Shown: positions 8,308-16,224 of the stretch, piece after piece | How the letters are laid out: each line of letters starts with the position of its first letter | Position numbering within the stretch: the stretch's first letter is position 1 | DNA from: Chlamydiales bacterium | Lineage (GTDB): Bacteria; Chlamydiota; Chlamydiia; Chlamydiales; SM23-39 | NCBI GenBank assembly: GCA_965261025.1 | Contig: OZ253438.1 | Coordinates: 450,001-482,000 of the forward strand | DNA length: 32,000 nt | Direction: 5' to 3' | Made by a program: the position numbers and the translations under genes | The notes under the pieces: generated by a model | Database searches by the model: none | What the model was told of the DNA's origin: nothing | Seen by the model: only the letters and a program-made list of their open reading frames with translations

Positions 8308-9645
8308 CTAACTATTCTGATCAAAATTATCTAAACGAGTTGAAAATCTGTATGGCTGTTCCCCAGTGCTTTTTATTTCAGCTGCTTCATTTATAGGAGC
8401 AACACTTCTTCCCTGAAGGGTTACACATCCAAACTTAACTACATTAGACGGATCAAAATTCTGAGCAATCCCAGTTAGTTTAATCCGAACAAAATCTGCA
8501 ATTTGTCCTCCAAATTGAATTGGAGCTCCATTGATCTTAATATCACCTACTTTAAAACCCTTACTTTCAGGAACTTCAAAAATAGCCCGAACAGGACTCT
8601 CCTCATCTCCTCTTACAATTTTCCAGTAATCTCTAGAATCTGAGCCATCAGGTGTTTTCCATCCTTGAGGGGAAAAGGTATCAAAATAGAGTCCAACAGG
8701 ATCTTTAAGAGCCACCATCGCTCCTTGTCTTGTTAAAGCATTTACCTGAGCGCCAATGTGAGGATCACTATTTCTTTCCGGTTGACCATACCTACCACAC
8801 GAAATCAATTCTTGCTGGTTTTCTAAAATCCGTCCGTTAACTTCTCGAACCATACTTGATCCTGCCGCAAGCTCAATTTCTGCAAAAAGGCTATTATTTC
8901 TCTGAATCAGATGCATAGCCCCTCTTCCATTTGTGCCGCTATTCCACTTATTCCGAGGTTCATATTTCCCATTTTTAAATAGGTCATCTTGAACAACTTG
9001 ATCGCCAATAAACTCTTTGTAAATTTCAACTACCTTTTTTGGGTTCACTTCACCTAAAAAGTCCCAATACTCGGGTCCTTCACAAGTAAAATCAACTCTT
9101 GTAATTTTTCCAGTAAGATCTCTTGTTACACTCCATTCACAATACTCATCTTGAACATCTCTAGAACGATCTGCTACCTTCCATCTTACACTGTCGGTTG
9201 GGTATCTCTGTTTAATAATTCTTGGAAACCCAATCCAGGAAATAACTGCCTCTGCATAATCACTGGCTTTTTCTGTTGTTCGAGGATTAAAAACCTGAGG
9301 CCTTGGAGCATTATTTAATATCTTTCTTCCATCTGGAGTTTTATCAAACCCTTTTTTTACGACTTCGATAGCTTCGTTGATAAAATTTCGACTCCAGTTT
9401 TGCTTTTGTGCTTTTGTAAGATCATTCAAGTTCCCTGGAGGAGCAAACTCTTGAACAACTGTAGACATTTTTCTAAGCGAAGGGGGTGAGTTTAAATCCT
9501 TCAAGAAAGGAAAAAAAGTGGTAGCTACAGAATTTGTAGCATTTGTAACTACTTTTTCAGAAGAAGGCGAGGAATTTGATAGTCCACATGCTATGGATCT
9601 TGTAAAGCAACCTTTCCCTGCTGATGAAATTGTTGAAATAAGCAT
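8308..9645 (-). CDS. Hypothetical soluble protein 'A' (445 aa), family not recognised
   Basis: The ATG at 9645 is preceded by AAGGAG (9656-9651) at 5-nt spacing. No TM helix or Sec signal is present. Distinctive strings are QDEYCEWSV, FTCEGPEYWDF, HLIQRNNSLFAEIELAAG, CGRYGQPERNSDPHIG and KDPVGLYFD. Confidence 0.85.
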   Translation of the reverse strand: MLISTISSAGKGCFTRSIACGLSNSSPSSEKVVTNATNSVATTFFPFLKDLNSPPSLRKMSTVVQEFAPPGNLNDLTKAQKQNWSRNFINEAIEVVKKGFDKTPDGRKILNNAPRPQVFNPRTTEKASDYAEAVISWIGFPRIIKQRYPTDSVRWKVADRSRDVQDEYCEWSVTRDLTGKITRVDFTCEGPEYWDFLGEVNPKKVVEIYKEFIGDQVVQDDLFKNGKYEPRNKWNSGTNGRGAMHLIQRNNSLFAEIELAAGSSMVREVNGRILENQQELISCGRYGQPERNSDPHIGAQVNALTRQGAMVALKDPVGLYFDTFSPQGWKTPDGSDSRDYWKIVRGDEESPVRAIFEVPESKGFKVGDIKINGAPIQFGGQIADFVRIKLTGIAQNFDPSNVVKFGCVTLQGRSVAPINEAAEIKSTGEQPYRFSTRLDNFDQNS

Positions 9646-9907
9646 AAAAACTCCTTGAAAATTAATATGTTAAAAATCTCAAAAAAAATTTTTTACCTTA
9701 AGGTTTTTTTAAAAACCGGGGAGATTTTCATAAAAAAAAATATATAAATCAATAATTTTAACCTTATTTTAGGAAAAGCTTTTGATAAAAGGCTCCTTTT
9801 AGCAACAGACTCATATTGACTTGTCTGATAGCTACAAAATCCCCCTTGTCAGAAAGCAAAAGCTTCTATTACAATCCTTAAAATCTCACCTCAAAAGGGC
9901 CTATCTT

Positions 9908-11263
9908 ATGAAGAAGTTGAAAACTTTCCATATCCGGACTTATGGCTGTCAAATGAATGAGCTGGACACAGAGGTCATGGTAGGACAGCTTTCTAGGAGG
10001 GGGTTAAGCCTGGTAAAAGAAGAAACAGAGGCCGACCTGGTCATTTACAATACCTGCTCTATTCGAGATCTTGCAGAGAGAAAGGTCATGGGGAAGTTGG
10101 GTCAATTAGGCAGAGGGAAGAAAAAGTCTGTTATAGGGCTTACCGGTTGCATGGCTATGGCTAAAAAAGACCTCTTATTTCGTAAATTTCCTCATCTTGA
10201 TTTCATAATAGGAACAAATAATCTGACAGATTTAGATTCAGTGTTAGATGAAGTTCTTTATACAGAAAAACAGGTGATAAAAACAGAAGATCGTTTCGAG
10301 GAAAACTTGGACTATTTTGTAGCTAAAAGGCAGGATCCTTTAAAAGCTTTTGTTTCTATCATCCGAGGATGTGATAAGTTTTGCACCTATTGCGTTGTTC
10401 CCTACACTAGAGGAAAAGAGGTATCTAGACATTTTGAAGATATCGTAAAAGAGTGTCGAATGTTAGTAGATCAGGGGTATAAAGAGATTACCTTGCTAGG
10501 TCAAAATGTGAATAGTTATGGAAAAGACCATCCTGAATGGAATTGTCTTTTCCATGACCTCTTATACAAATTGGATAAAATCAATGGCTTAAAAAGGGTT
10601 CGCTTTATGACCTCTCACCCCATTGATATTACTAGGGAGCTAATGTATGCCCTAAGAGACCTTCCTTCTCTTTGTAATCTGGTCCATTTTCCGGTACAAG
10701 CAGGCTCTAATCGGATTCTTCGCAAGATGCACCGGATTTACACCAAAGAACAATACTTAGAAAAAGTACACCTTTTAAAGGAAATAGTTCCTGATGTTGC
10801 TTTAGGTACGGACATCATCGTAGGATTTCCTACTGAAACAGAAGAGGAGTTTTTACAAACCTACCAGCTATTTGAACAGGTAGGCTATTCTGTTGCCTTC
10901 ATGTATACTTATAGCCCTAGAAAAGGAACTCCTGCTATGAGATGGAAAGATGATATCCCCGAAGAAGTCAAAGAAGAGAGACTTCAAAGACTTATGGAAC
11001 TATATCATAGAGTAGGTAGTCAAGAGAGGAGCGCTTTTTTAGGAAAGGAAGTTGAAGTTTTGGTAGAAAGATTTAATCGAGATCAAAAAAGACTAAAGGG
11101 TCGCACTCGCTGCTGGAAAAAAGTGATCTTTGAAGGAAAAGAGGAGTGGATTGGTACTTTTCAGAAAGTGAAAATCCACAGCTTTCATCACCAGACTCTG
11201 CTAGGTTCTGTAGTACAAGCGGATTCTTGTCAGAAAAAAAAGCGAGCTTTTGCCTCAGCTTAG
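9908..11263 (+). CDS. miaB: tRNA-2-methylthio-N6-dimethylallyladenosine synthase MiaB (radical SAM methylthiotransferase)
   Basis: Begins MKKLKTFHIRTYGCQMNELD, the N-terminal UPF0004 domain. The radical-SAM cluster motif is GCDKFCTYCVVPYTRG, and a C-terminal TRAM region is present. The ATG at 9908 fits homologous N-termini better than the TTG at 9821. Confidence 0.92.
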   Translation: MKKLKTFHIRTYGCQMNELDTEVMVGQLSRRGLSLVKEETEADLVIYNTCSIRDLAERKVMGKLGQLGRGKKKSVIGLTGCMAMAKKDLLFRKFPHLDFIIGTNNLTDLDSVLDEVLYTEKQVIKTEDRFEENLDYFVAKRQDPLKAFVSIIRGCDKFCTYCVVPYTRGKEVSRHFEDIVKECRMLVDQGYKEITLLGQNVNSYGKDHPEWNCLFHDLLYKLDKINGLKRVRFMTSHPIDITRELMYALRDLPSLCNLVHFPVQAGSNRILRKMHRIYTKEQYLEKVHLLKEIVPDVALGTDIIVGFPTETEEEFLQTYQLFEQVGYSVAFMYTYSPRKGTPAMRWKDDIPEEVKEERLQRLMELYHRVGSQERSAFLGKEVEVLVERFNRDQKRLKGRTRCWKKVIFEGKEEWIGTFQKVKIHSFHHQTLLGSVVQADSCQKKKRAFASA

Positions 11264-12316
11264 CGCTTTCTTCTTCGGAAAAACCCATAGCCAAAAACCA
11301 AAGAGCAAAAAGGGAACGCTTAGAACCTGCCCCATATTCAAGAATCCCGAAAAGAACAGGCTCTGTTCCTCTTTGAAAAATTCAATAAGAAAGCGAAAAG
11401 AAAATAATAAGCAAAGAAGGGACCCTGCTGTTTTACCAGAAAAAACCCTCTTCTTGAAGAAGCATGAAAAAAGAAAGAACAGAAAGAAGTAAAAAAATGC
11501 CTCGTAAAGCTGAGCTGGATGCCTAGGGGCTGGTAAGGATCCATTTAGAGGATTTTCAAAAACAATAGCCCAAGGCACCGTAGTTACCGTACCCAATACC
11601 TCTTGATTAAAAAAATTGCCCAACCGGATCGATCCTGCAATAAAAAGAGAAGGCAATACCATAAGATCCAAAAGAACTTTCCAAGAAATTCCCTTTTCTT
11701 TCCGAATAAATACATACCCTGCAAGGAATACCCCCACTACAGCTCCATGACTTGCAAACCCTCTTCCTTGAAAAAGCTCCCAGGGGGCTTTTATGTAAGA
11801 AAAAAAGTTCTCATAGAATAAAAAATGACCCAGCTTTGCTCCTATGATAGTACCTAAAACTACGTAAAGAAGAAGCTTATCTACAAAACGGGTTGATCTC
11901 TTAGAAAGAGTTAACACATAAGGAGAAAGAAAAAGATCCAAAAGCTCTCTGTTTTTAACTAATAGCGGAAGAGAAAGCACTCCTTTTTTACCAAAAGGGA
12001 GTTTTTGAAAAAGGTTTTCCTGTTTTAGAAGGTGATTAAGCATCGCTAAAACAGTCGTGGCGTTTCCTAGCTCATCTTTGGCAAAATGCTTTTTTAAAAG
12101 AAGTAGGATCTCCTTTTTTTGCAAAAGATCCTCTTCTGTAAAATAAGGTTTTTCTCTAAAAAATCCCTTTATTCTTCGTAAGAAAATAAGATATCCTAGG
12201 AAAAAGCCAGAGCCAAAGAAAAACCCATACCACAATATGGGCCAACCCATGATAGGAAGTATAAAGAGTTCTTTGGCTGGATTCCAATGTAGAAAACTAA
12301 ACGGAACTATAAACAT
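11255..12316 (-). CDS. lgt: Prolipoprotein diacylglyceryl transferase Lgt, with an unusually long insertion after TM1
   Basis: Carries the Lgt signatures GSIRLGNFFNQEVLGTVTTVPWAIVF, RHPAQLYEAFF and the FASHGAVVG region. At 353 aa it is longer than the roughly 270-290 aa that is typical. Confidence 0.9.
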   Translation of the reverse strand: MFIVPFSFLHWNPAKELFILPIMGWPILWYGFFFGSGFFLGYLIFLRRIKGFFREKPYFTEEDLLQKKEILLLLKKHFAKDELGNATTVLAMLNHLLKQENLFQKLPFGKKGVLSLPLLVKNRELLDLFLSPYVLTLSKRSTRFVDKLLLYVVLGTIIGAKLGHFLFYENFFSYIKAPWELFQGRGFASHGAVVGVFLAGYVFIRKEKGISWKVLLDLMVLPSLFIAGSIRLGNFFNQEVLGTVTTVPWAIVFENPLNGSLPAPRHPAQLYEAFFYFFLFFLFSCFFKKRVFSGKTAGSLLCLLFSFRFLIEFFKEEQSLFFSGFLNMGQVLSVPFLLFGFWLWVFPKKKALS

Positions 12317-12348
12317 ACATAACCAGAATAAAATTTTTCCTCTTTTTT

Positions 12349-12768
12349 ATGTATAAAATAAAAATCATAACTACTGGGAAAGTTAAAAAAAATTGGATAA
12401 AGGAAGCATTAAAAGAATACCAAGTCCGTTTACAAAAAGACCTTTCCTTTGAATGGGTTTTTTTAAAGAATTGGAAAGGTTTTTTAGAAAAAAAAACTTC
12501 CTATATAGCTTTGACAGAAGAAGGAACACCCCTGAATAGCTCTGAGTTTGCCTCTTTTTTGCAAAAAAATTTTGAAACACAAAATTCTCTAATTTCCTTT
12601 GTCATAGGAGGGCCGGAAGGACTTTCTCTTCCGATAAAAGAAAATAGCCTCTTTTGTCTTAGCCTTTCTCTTATGACTCTCACTCAAGAGATGTGCCACT
12701 TATTTTTCTTAGAGCAAATCTATAGGGCTGTACAAATTAGTAAAAACTCCCCTTATCATAAGAGATAA
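12349..12768 (+). CDS. rlmH: 23S rRNA (pseudouridine1915-N3)-methyltransferase RlmH (SPOUT)
   Basis: Motifs present: IITTGKVKK, EY..RL, ALTEEGTPLNSSEFASFL, FVIGGPEGLS, and LSLMTLTQEM..LFFLEQIYRA..I....PYHK. Confidence 0.9.
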   Translation: MYKIKIITTGKVKKNWIKEALKEYQVRLQKDLSFEWVFLKNWKGFLEKKTSYIALTEEGTPLNSSEFASFLQKNFETQNSLISFVIGGPEGLSLPIKENSLFCLSLSLMTLTQEMCHLFFLEQIYRAVQISKNSPYHKR

Positions 12769-12776
12769 ATATCAAC

Positions 12777-13205
12777 CTATGTTTTTTTTCTTTCTTTTAT
12801 TGAAAACAAGATCGCCTTGTAAAAAGGATACGCTCCCATAAAAAGAGCCAGAGAAATAGCCCCATCTAAAAGCCCTATATAATCACTTCTTAAAGGAAGA
12901 TATTTTATTGCCATCCCCAATCCCATCATCAAAAAAAGCAAAAGAAGGGTCTTTTTAGGGAAAATCAATCCCAAAGAGAAATTTCCAGCAAAATTCTGGA
13001 TGAAAGAAACTCTTTTGAGGGCTCTCTTTTGTAATAAAAATTTTCCCTTAAGATATCCAAGGGTCATAAGACCGAGAAAACTTCCTATAAAAAAAGGTTC
13101 TTGAAAAGAAGACATACTAAGGCGGGCCATTCCTTTTCGAATAAGAAGAAAAGAAGAAAAACTCCACATAGCTGCATGAATGGCTAGTACAAGCTTTTTT
13201 CCCAC
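12777..13205 (-). CDS. Hypothetical small membrane protein (about 4 TM helices)
   Basis: Hydrophobic ORF. I favour the GTG at 13205, with GGGGGGAG 5 nt upstream, over the TTG at 13220. The start codon is uncertain and no family is recognised. Confidence 0.55.
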   Translation of the reverse strand: MGKKLVLAIHAAMWSFSSFLLIRKGMARLSMSSFQEPFFIGSFLGLMTLGYLKGKFLLQKRALKRVSFIQNFAGNFSLGLIFPKKTLLLLFLMMGLGMAIKYLPLRSDYIGLLDGAISLALFMGAYPFYKAILFSIKERKKT

Positions 13206-13324
13206 ATTCGCTCCCCCCAAAGACCCAAGAAAGAGAATTTACAAAAAAAAAGAAAAAGAAGCAAACTGAGTGAAACTATAGTAAAATATTTTTTGAAAAT
13301 TTTTCCTTCAAAAATGAGGTACTC

Positions 13325-14383
13325 ATGAGTTCATCCGTTTTATTTACTCGGGTTTTTTTCTTTCTTTTGTCTGTTTTTTTCTTTACGGTCTATACCACCT
13401 TTCTACCTTCGGAATCTACTCTCAAAACGGTTATAGGAATCTTTATAGGAGCCTTCTTTGGAGGAGGGTTAATCATCTTAGATCTTTTTTTTAAAAGATT
13501 TAATATTCGCTCTTTTAATGTAACCTGCCTAGGAATTTTCTTTGGGTATCTCATGGGACTTGCTTTAAACCTAATTTTCCATGCTATTTTACAAATCAGT
13601 GAAACGATTCATCTCGCAAATTTGACAAAGGAAATCATAGAAATAGGAATTTTTCTTTTTGCTATTTATATAGGAATTATTCTAACCCAACGATCTGCAG
13701 ATGAACTTTATGTTAGCATACCTTTTGTGAAATTTACCCCAACTACGCATCAGAAAAAAGACTTTCTGATTGATTTGTCTTTATTAGCAGATCCCAGACT
13801 CATTGATCTGGCGGCTTCCGGTATTTTAGATCGTTATCTAGTACTGCCCCGATTTGTAATAAAAGAGCTCTATTCTCAAGCGGAAATAGGAGATGAAAGC
13901 AGCAAATATAGAGCAAAAAAAGCTTTAGAAGTACTAAAAAAACTAGAAGGATTCCCTGACTTACATATCCGCTACAATGATACCGATTTTCCCGAAACCA
14001 AAGACGCTATAGGAAAGATGATTCGCCTGGCTCGTCTTTTAGGCACCAATATTATTACGGCCGATGTAGGAAGAATCCAAGCTTCTAAAATAGAAGATGT
14101 TAAAATTATCGATATCCATTCTCTTTCCAATGCCTTAAAGCCTTTGATGCAAACGGGAGAACAGCTTTCTGTAAAAATCCAAAGATATGGGAAAGAGCCA
14201 AGACAGGGAATTGGCTACTTAGAAGATGGTACTATGGTAGTGGTAAATGGAGGGGGACAGTTTATAGGAGAAATTATTAACGCCCAGGTGCTCTCTGTAA
14301 AGCATACCAGTTCAGGGAGAATGATTTTTTGTAATGCTTTGGATGATTCTTTGATTTTGGAGGAAGAAACAAAAGATGAGTAA
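13325..14383 (+). CDS. PIN/TRAM domain membrane protein (YacL-like)
   Basis: Four N-terminal TM helices are followed by a PIN-like region, LIDLSLLADPRLIDLAASGILDRYLVLPRFVIKEL. The C-terminal TRAM region reads GEQLSVKIQRYGKEPRQGIGYLEDGTMVVVNGGG..IG...NAQVLSVKHTSSGRMIF. The match to the YacL pattern is good. Confidence 0.85.
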   Translation: MSSSVLFTRVFFFLLSVFFFTVYTTFLPSESTLKTVIGIFIGAFFGGGLIILDLFFKRFNIRSFNVTCLGIFFGYLMGLALNLIFHAILQISETIHLANLTKEIIEIGIFLFAIYIGIILTQRSADELYVSIPFVKFTPTTHQKKDFLIDLSLLADPRLIDLAASGILDRYLVLPRFVIKELYSQAEIGDESSKYRAKKALEVLKKLEGFPDLHIRYNDTDFPETKDAIGKMIRLARLLGTNIITADVGRIQASKIEDVKIIDIHSLSNALKPLMQTGEQLSVKIQRYGKEPRQGIGYLEDGTMVVVNGGGQFIGEIINAQVLSVKHTSSGRMIFCNALDDSLILEEETKDE

Positions 14384-14744
14384 AGGAGTGGGGATCGACA
14401 TCATAGAAATTGAAAGGATTAAACAAGGCATTGAAGAATACAAAGAACACTTCCTAGATCGTTTGTTTTCTGCCCAGGAGAAGGCCTACTGTAAAAAATA
14501 TAAAGATCCCTTTCCTCGTTATGCCGGAAGATTTGCTGCAAAAGAAGCTATTGCTAAAGCTTTTGGCGTGGGTTTTGGAAAAGACTTAAGTTTTCAAGAT
14601 ATAGAAATTTTGCAGGATGAAAGAGGAAAACCTATAGCGAAATTCTCAGTAGAAATCATGGGCCGCTTTGAATCTCCTGTCATGGAGATCTCCATAAGTC
14701 ATAGTGAAAAATATGCTGTGGCAGTCGCTATTTGGATAGACTAA
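14376..14744 (+). CDS. acpS: Holo-[acyl-carrier-protein] synthase
   Basis: Motifs present: GIDIIEIERI, RFAAKEAIAKAFG and ISISHSEKYAVAVA. The gene overlaps the upstream gene by 8 nt. Confidence 0.93.
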   Translation: MSKGVGIDIIEIERIKQGIEEYKEHFLDRLFSAQEKAYCKKYKDPFPRYAGRFAAKEAIAKAFGVGFGKDLSFQDIEILQDERGKPIAKFSVEIMGRFESPVMEISISHSEKYAVAVAIWID

Positions 14745-14782
14745 GTATGTTAATAAGAGTGTCTCACTTAGGCAAAAGGGAT

Positions 14783-15307
14783 TTATCTGGGCGTTCCGTC
14801 TGGATTTGAGAGCTGAGAGTTTTCCTCAAAATTCTCTTCCTGCTTCACATCTGCCTGCTTCTGTTTTATCGTTACCGGTTTTAGCGCAGCCCCCAAAGTA
14901 GCGGTGAGTAAAAGAAAAGCGGCGGTATATCTTGCCCCAGAGGCAAACAACCTAAACCCAAACTTCTTCGAGTAGGTTTTCAACTGATTCAGGTTTATTT
15001 CCCCATTATCGGATACCATATTTTTATCTTTAGCAAGAATAAGGCTTTGCACCTTGATAGAGCATATCGCACTTTTCTTGTTAAAAAAACGGATTTTCTT
15101 TCCTGCATTTTCTAAATAGTAAAAATTTAGTAAAAAGTTAGAAATGAGCTTATATTTTTTTATAACAGATAAAGACCTCTGAGCTACGCAGGAGATTTTA
15201 CTAGCAGTTTCGATATTTGTAACAGCTGTATTGGCATCTAGCTGACTGATTTCAGTGACGTAAGTGACAGTGCTCTCTTCCATTCCATGGTTTACAATAG
15301 AACTCAT
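14783..15307 (-). CDS. Hypothetical protein with a single C-terminal TM helix (tail-anchored type)
   Basis: 174-aa ORF with no signal peptide. One hydrophobic helix, YTAAFLLLTATLGAAL, lies near the C-terminus and is followed by an acidic tail. No family is recognised. Confidence 0.55.
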   Translation of the reverse strand: MSSIVNHGMEESTVTYVTEISQLDANTAVTNIETASKISCVAQRSLSVIKKYKLISNFLLNFYYLENAGKKIRFFNKKSAICSIKVQSLILAKDKNMVSDNGEINLNQLKTYSKKFGFRLFASGARYTAAFLLLTATLGAALKPVTIKQKQADVKQEENFEENSQLSNPDGTPR

Positions 15308-15420
15308 ATTAAAACCTACTTTTTATTAAATAATAAGTAGATTTTAACATAAAAATATAAAAAAATCAACTATTTTTTAGCTATTCTTATATTCTTAAAC
15401 AAAATAATTAATGGCTAAAA

Positions 15421-16224
15421 CTAAAAAGAAAAGGGAAGTAAATAGCTTATTATAAAAGAATTAACGTCCTTTGGCCCCCTTTTAGACAGAACTCGCCTTT
15501 CGTATTCTAGGCGAATCGTTCCCCAAACTCCCAAGCGATATCCATAACGAAACTTTACATCGAGGGCTTTTTGACGAACTCTTCCATATCCTTTAAATCT
15601 ATCAATATCGAGACGCGTTTGCTTACCATATCCGTGGATTCCCTCTACGAAAAAGGCCCATTTGTGCTCATCTTGTAGGTTCCCCTCCAGAGCAAAAACG
15701 GCTTTTACCCAGGGAGATCCTAAATTAGCTATTCCCACAGAAGCAAAAGCCCAAGTTCGAAATCGCCAAAACTGAAAAGAATCCCATTCTTTTCCCAAAG
15801 AAAAGTTCCCTTCAAACTCTATATTTCCATGATAAGCAGAGCTGATATCTCTTACACTTTTCTCCGAAACAAAGCGAGCATCTAATCCTGTTGCAAAACT
15901 AAAAGCATCTCCTACAATATCATCCATCCAAAGATATCTAGCCTGAAAAGCTGTGCTTCGAAAACTAAAGTCTTGTCTTGGAGTATGGGCAAACTCTAAA
16001 TCAGCATCTACACTCCATTCAGGAGAAAAAGAAAAATCTAAAGCAGTAAAGAGGAGTTGATCATTAGAAGGGCTTTTTAAAGGAACTAAAGCTCCCTGTA
16101 CTCTGCTATAGTGACTATAGCGATAGCCAGAGAGAAAATGAAACTCATAAACATCCCCAAACCAAGGCTGTTTTTCCAAGGCAGATAGAGAAAAAACAAG
16201 AAAAAAGCACGCTAAAAACTTCAT
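15421..16224 (-). CDS. Putative outer-membrane beta-barrel protein
   Basis: The Sec signal is [17 protein letters not shown]. Alternating hydrophobic beta-strand patterns occur (e.g. [21 protein letters not shown]). The protein ends in an aromatic ...YLLPFSF terminus typical of BamA substrates. Its ATG overlaps the trxB stop (ATGA at 16221-16224). Confidence 0.65.
   Translation of the reverse strand: MKFLACFFLVFSLSALEKQPWFGDVYEFHFLSGYRYSHYSRVQGALVPLKSPSNDQLLFTALDFSFSPEWSVDADLEFAHTPRQDFSFRSTAFQARYLWMDDIVGDAFSFATGLDARFVSEKSVRDISSAYHGNIEFEGNFSLGKEWDSFQFWRFRTWAFASVGIANLGSPWVKAVFALEGNLQDEHKWAFFVEGIHGYGKQTRLDIDRFKGYGRVRQKALDVKFRYGYRLGVWGTIRLEYERRVLSKRGPKDVNSFIISYLLPFSF

Noticed and set aside
6346-9645. 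Possible compositional (GC) anomaly that would mark the A/B cassette as horizontally acquired.
   Set aside because: Hand counts of two 60-nt blocks inside the cassette gave 37-40% GC. One housekeeping block in suhB gave 40%. No difference is demonstrable without a proper sliding-window or codon-usage calculation.
9583-9645. A possible lipoprotein signal in protein A (…RSIAC-G…).
   Set aside because: There is no positively charged n-region followed by a hydrophobic h-region. S-I-A-C does not fit the [LVI][ASTVI][GAS]C lipobox at position -3.
9672-9729. Nested palindromes in the divergent A/miaB intergenic region. ACCTTAAGGT lies at 9695-9704, flanked by A/T tracts, and AAAAATCTC...GAGATTTTC is an inverted repeat 40 nt apart. 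These could be an operator.
   Set aside because: A perfect 10-bp palindrome is expected about 30 times by chance in 32 kb. An 8-of-9 AT-rich inverted repeat is likewise unremarkable in AT-rich spacer DNA. I also could not find a convincing -35/-10 pair overlapping them.
11255-11263. A 9-nt convergent overlap between the 3' ends of miaB (+) and lgt (-).
   Set aside because: Short convergent overlaps are common in compact genomes. No hairpin or other signal is associated with it, and it probably has no special significance.
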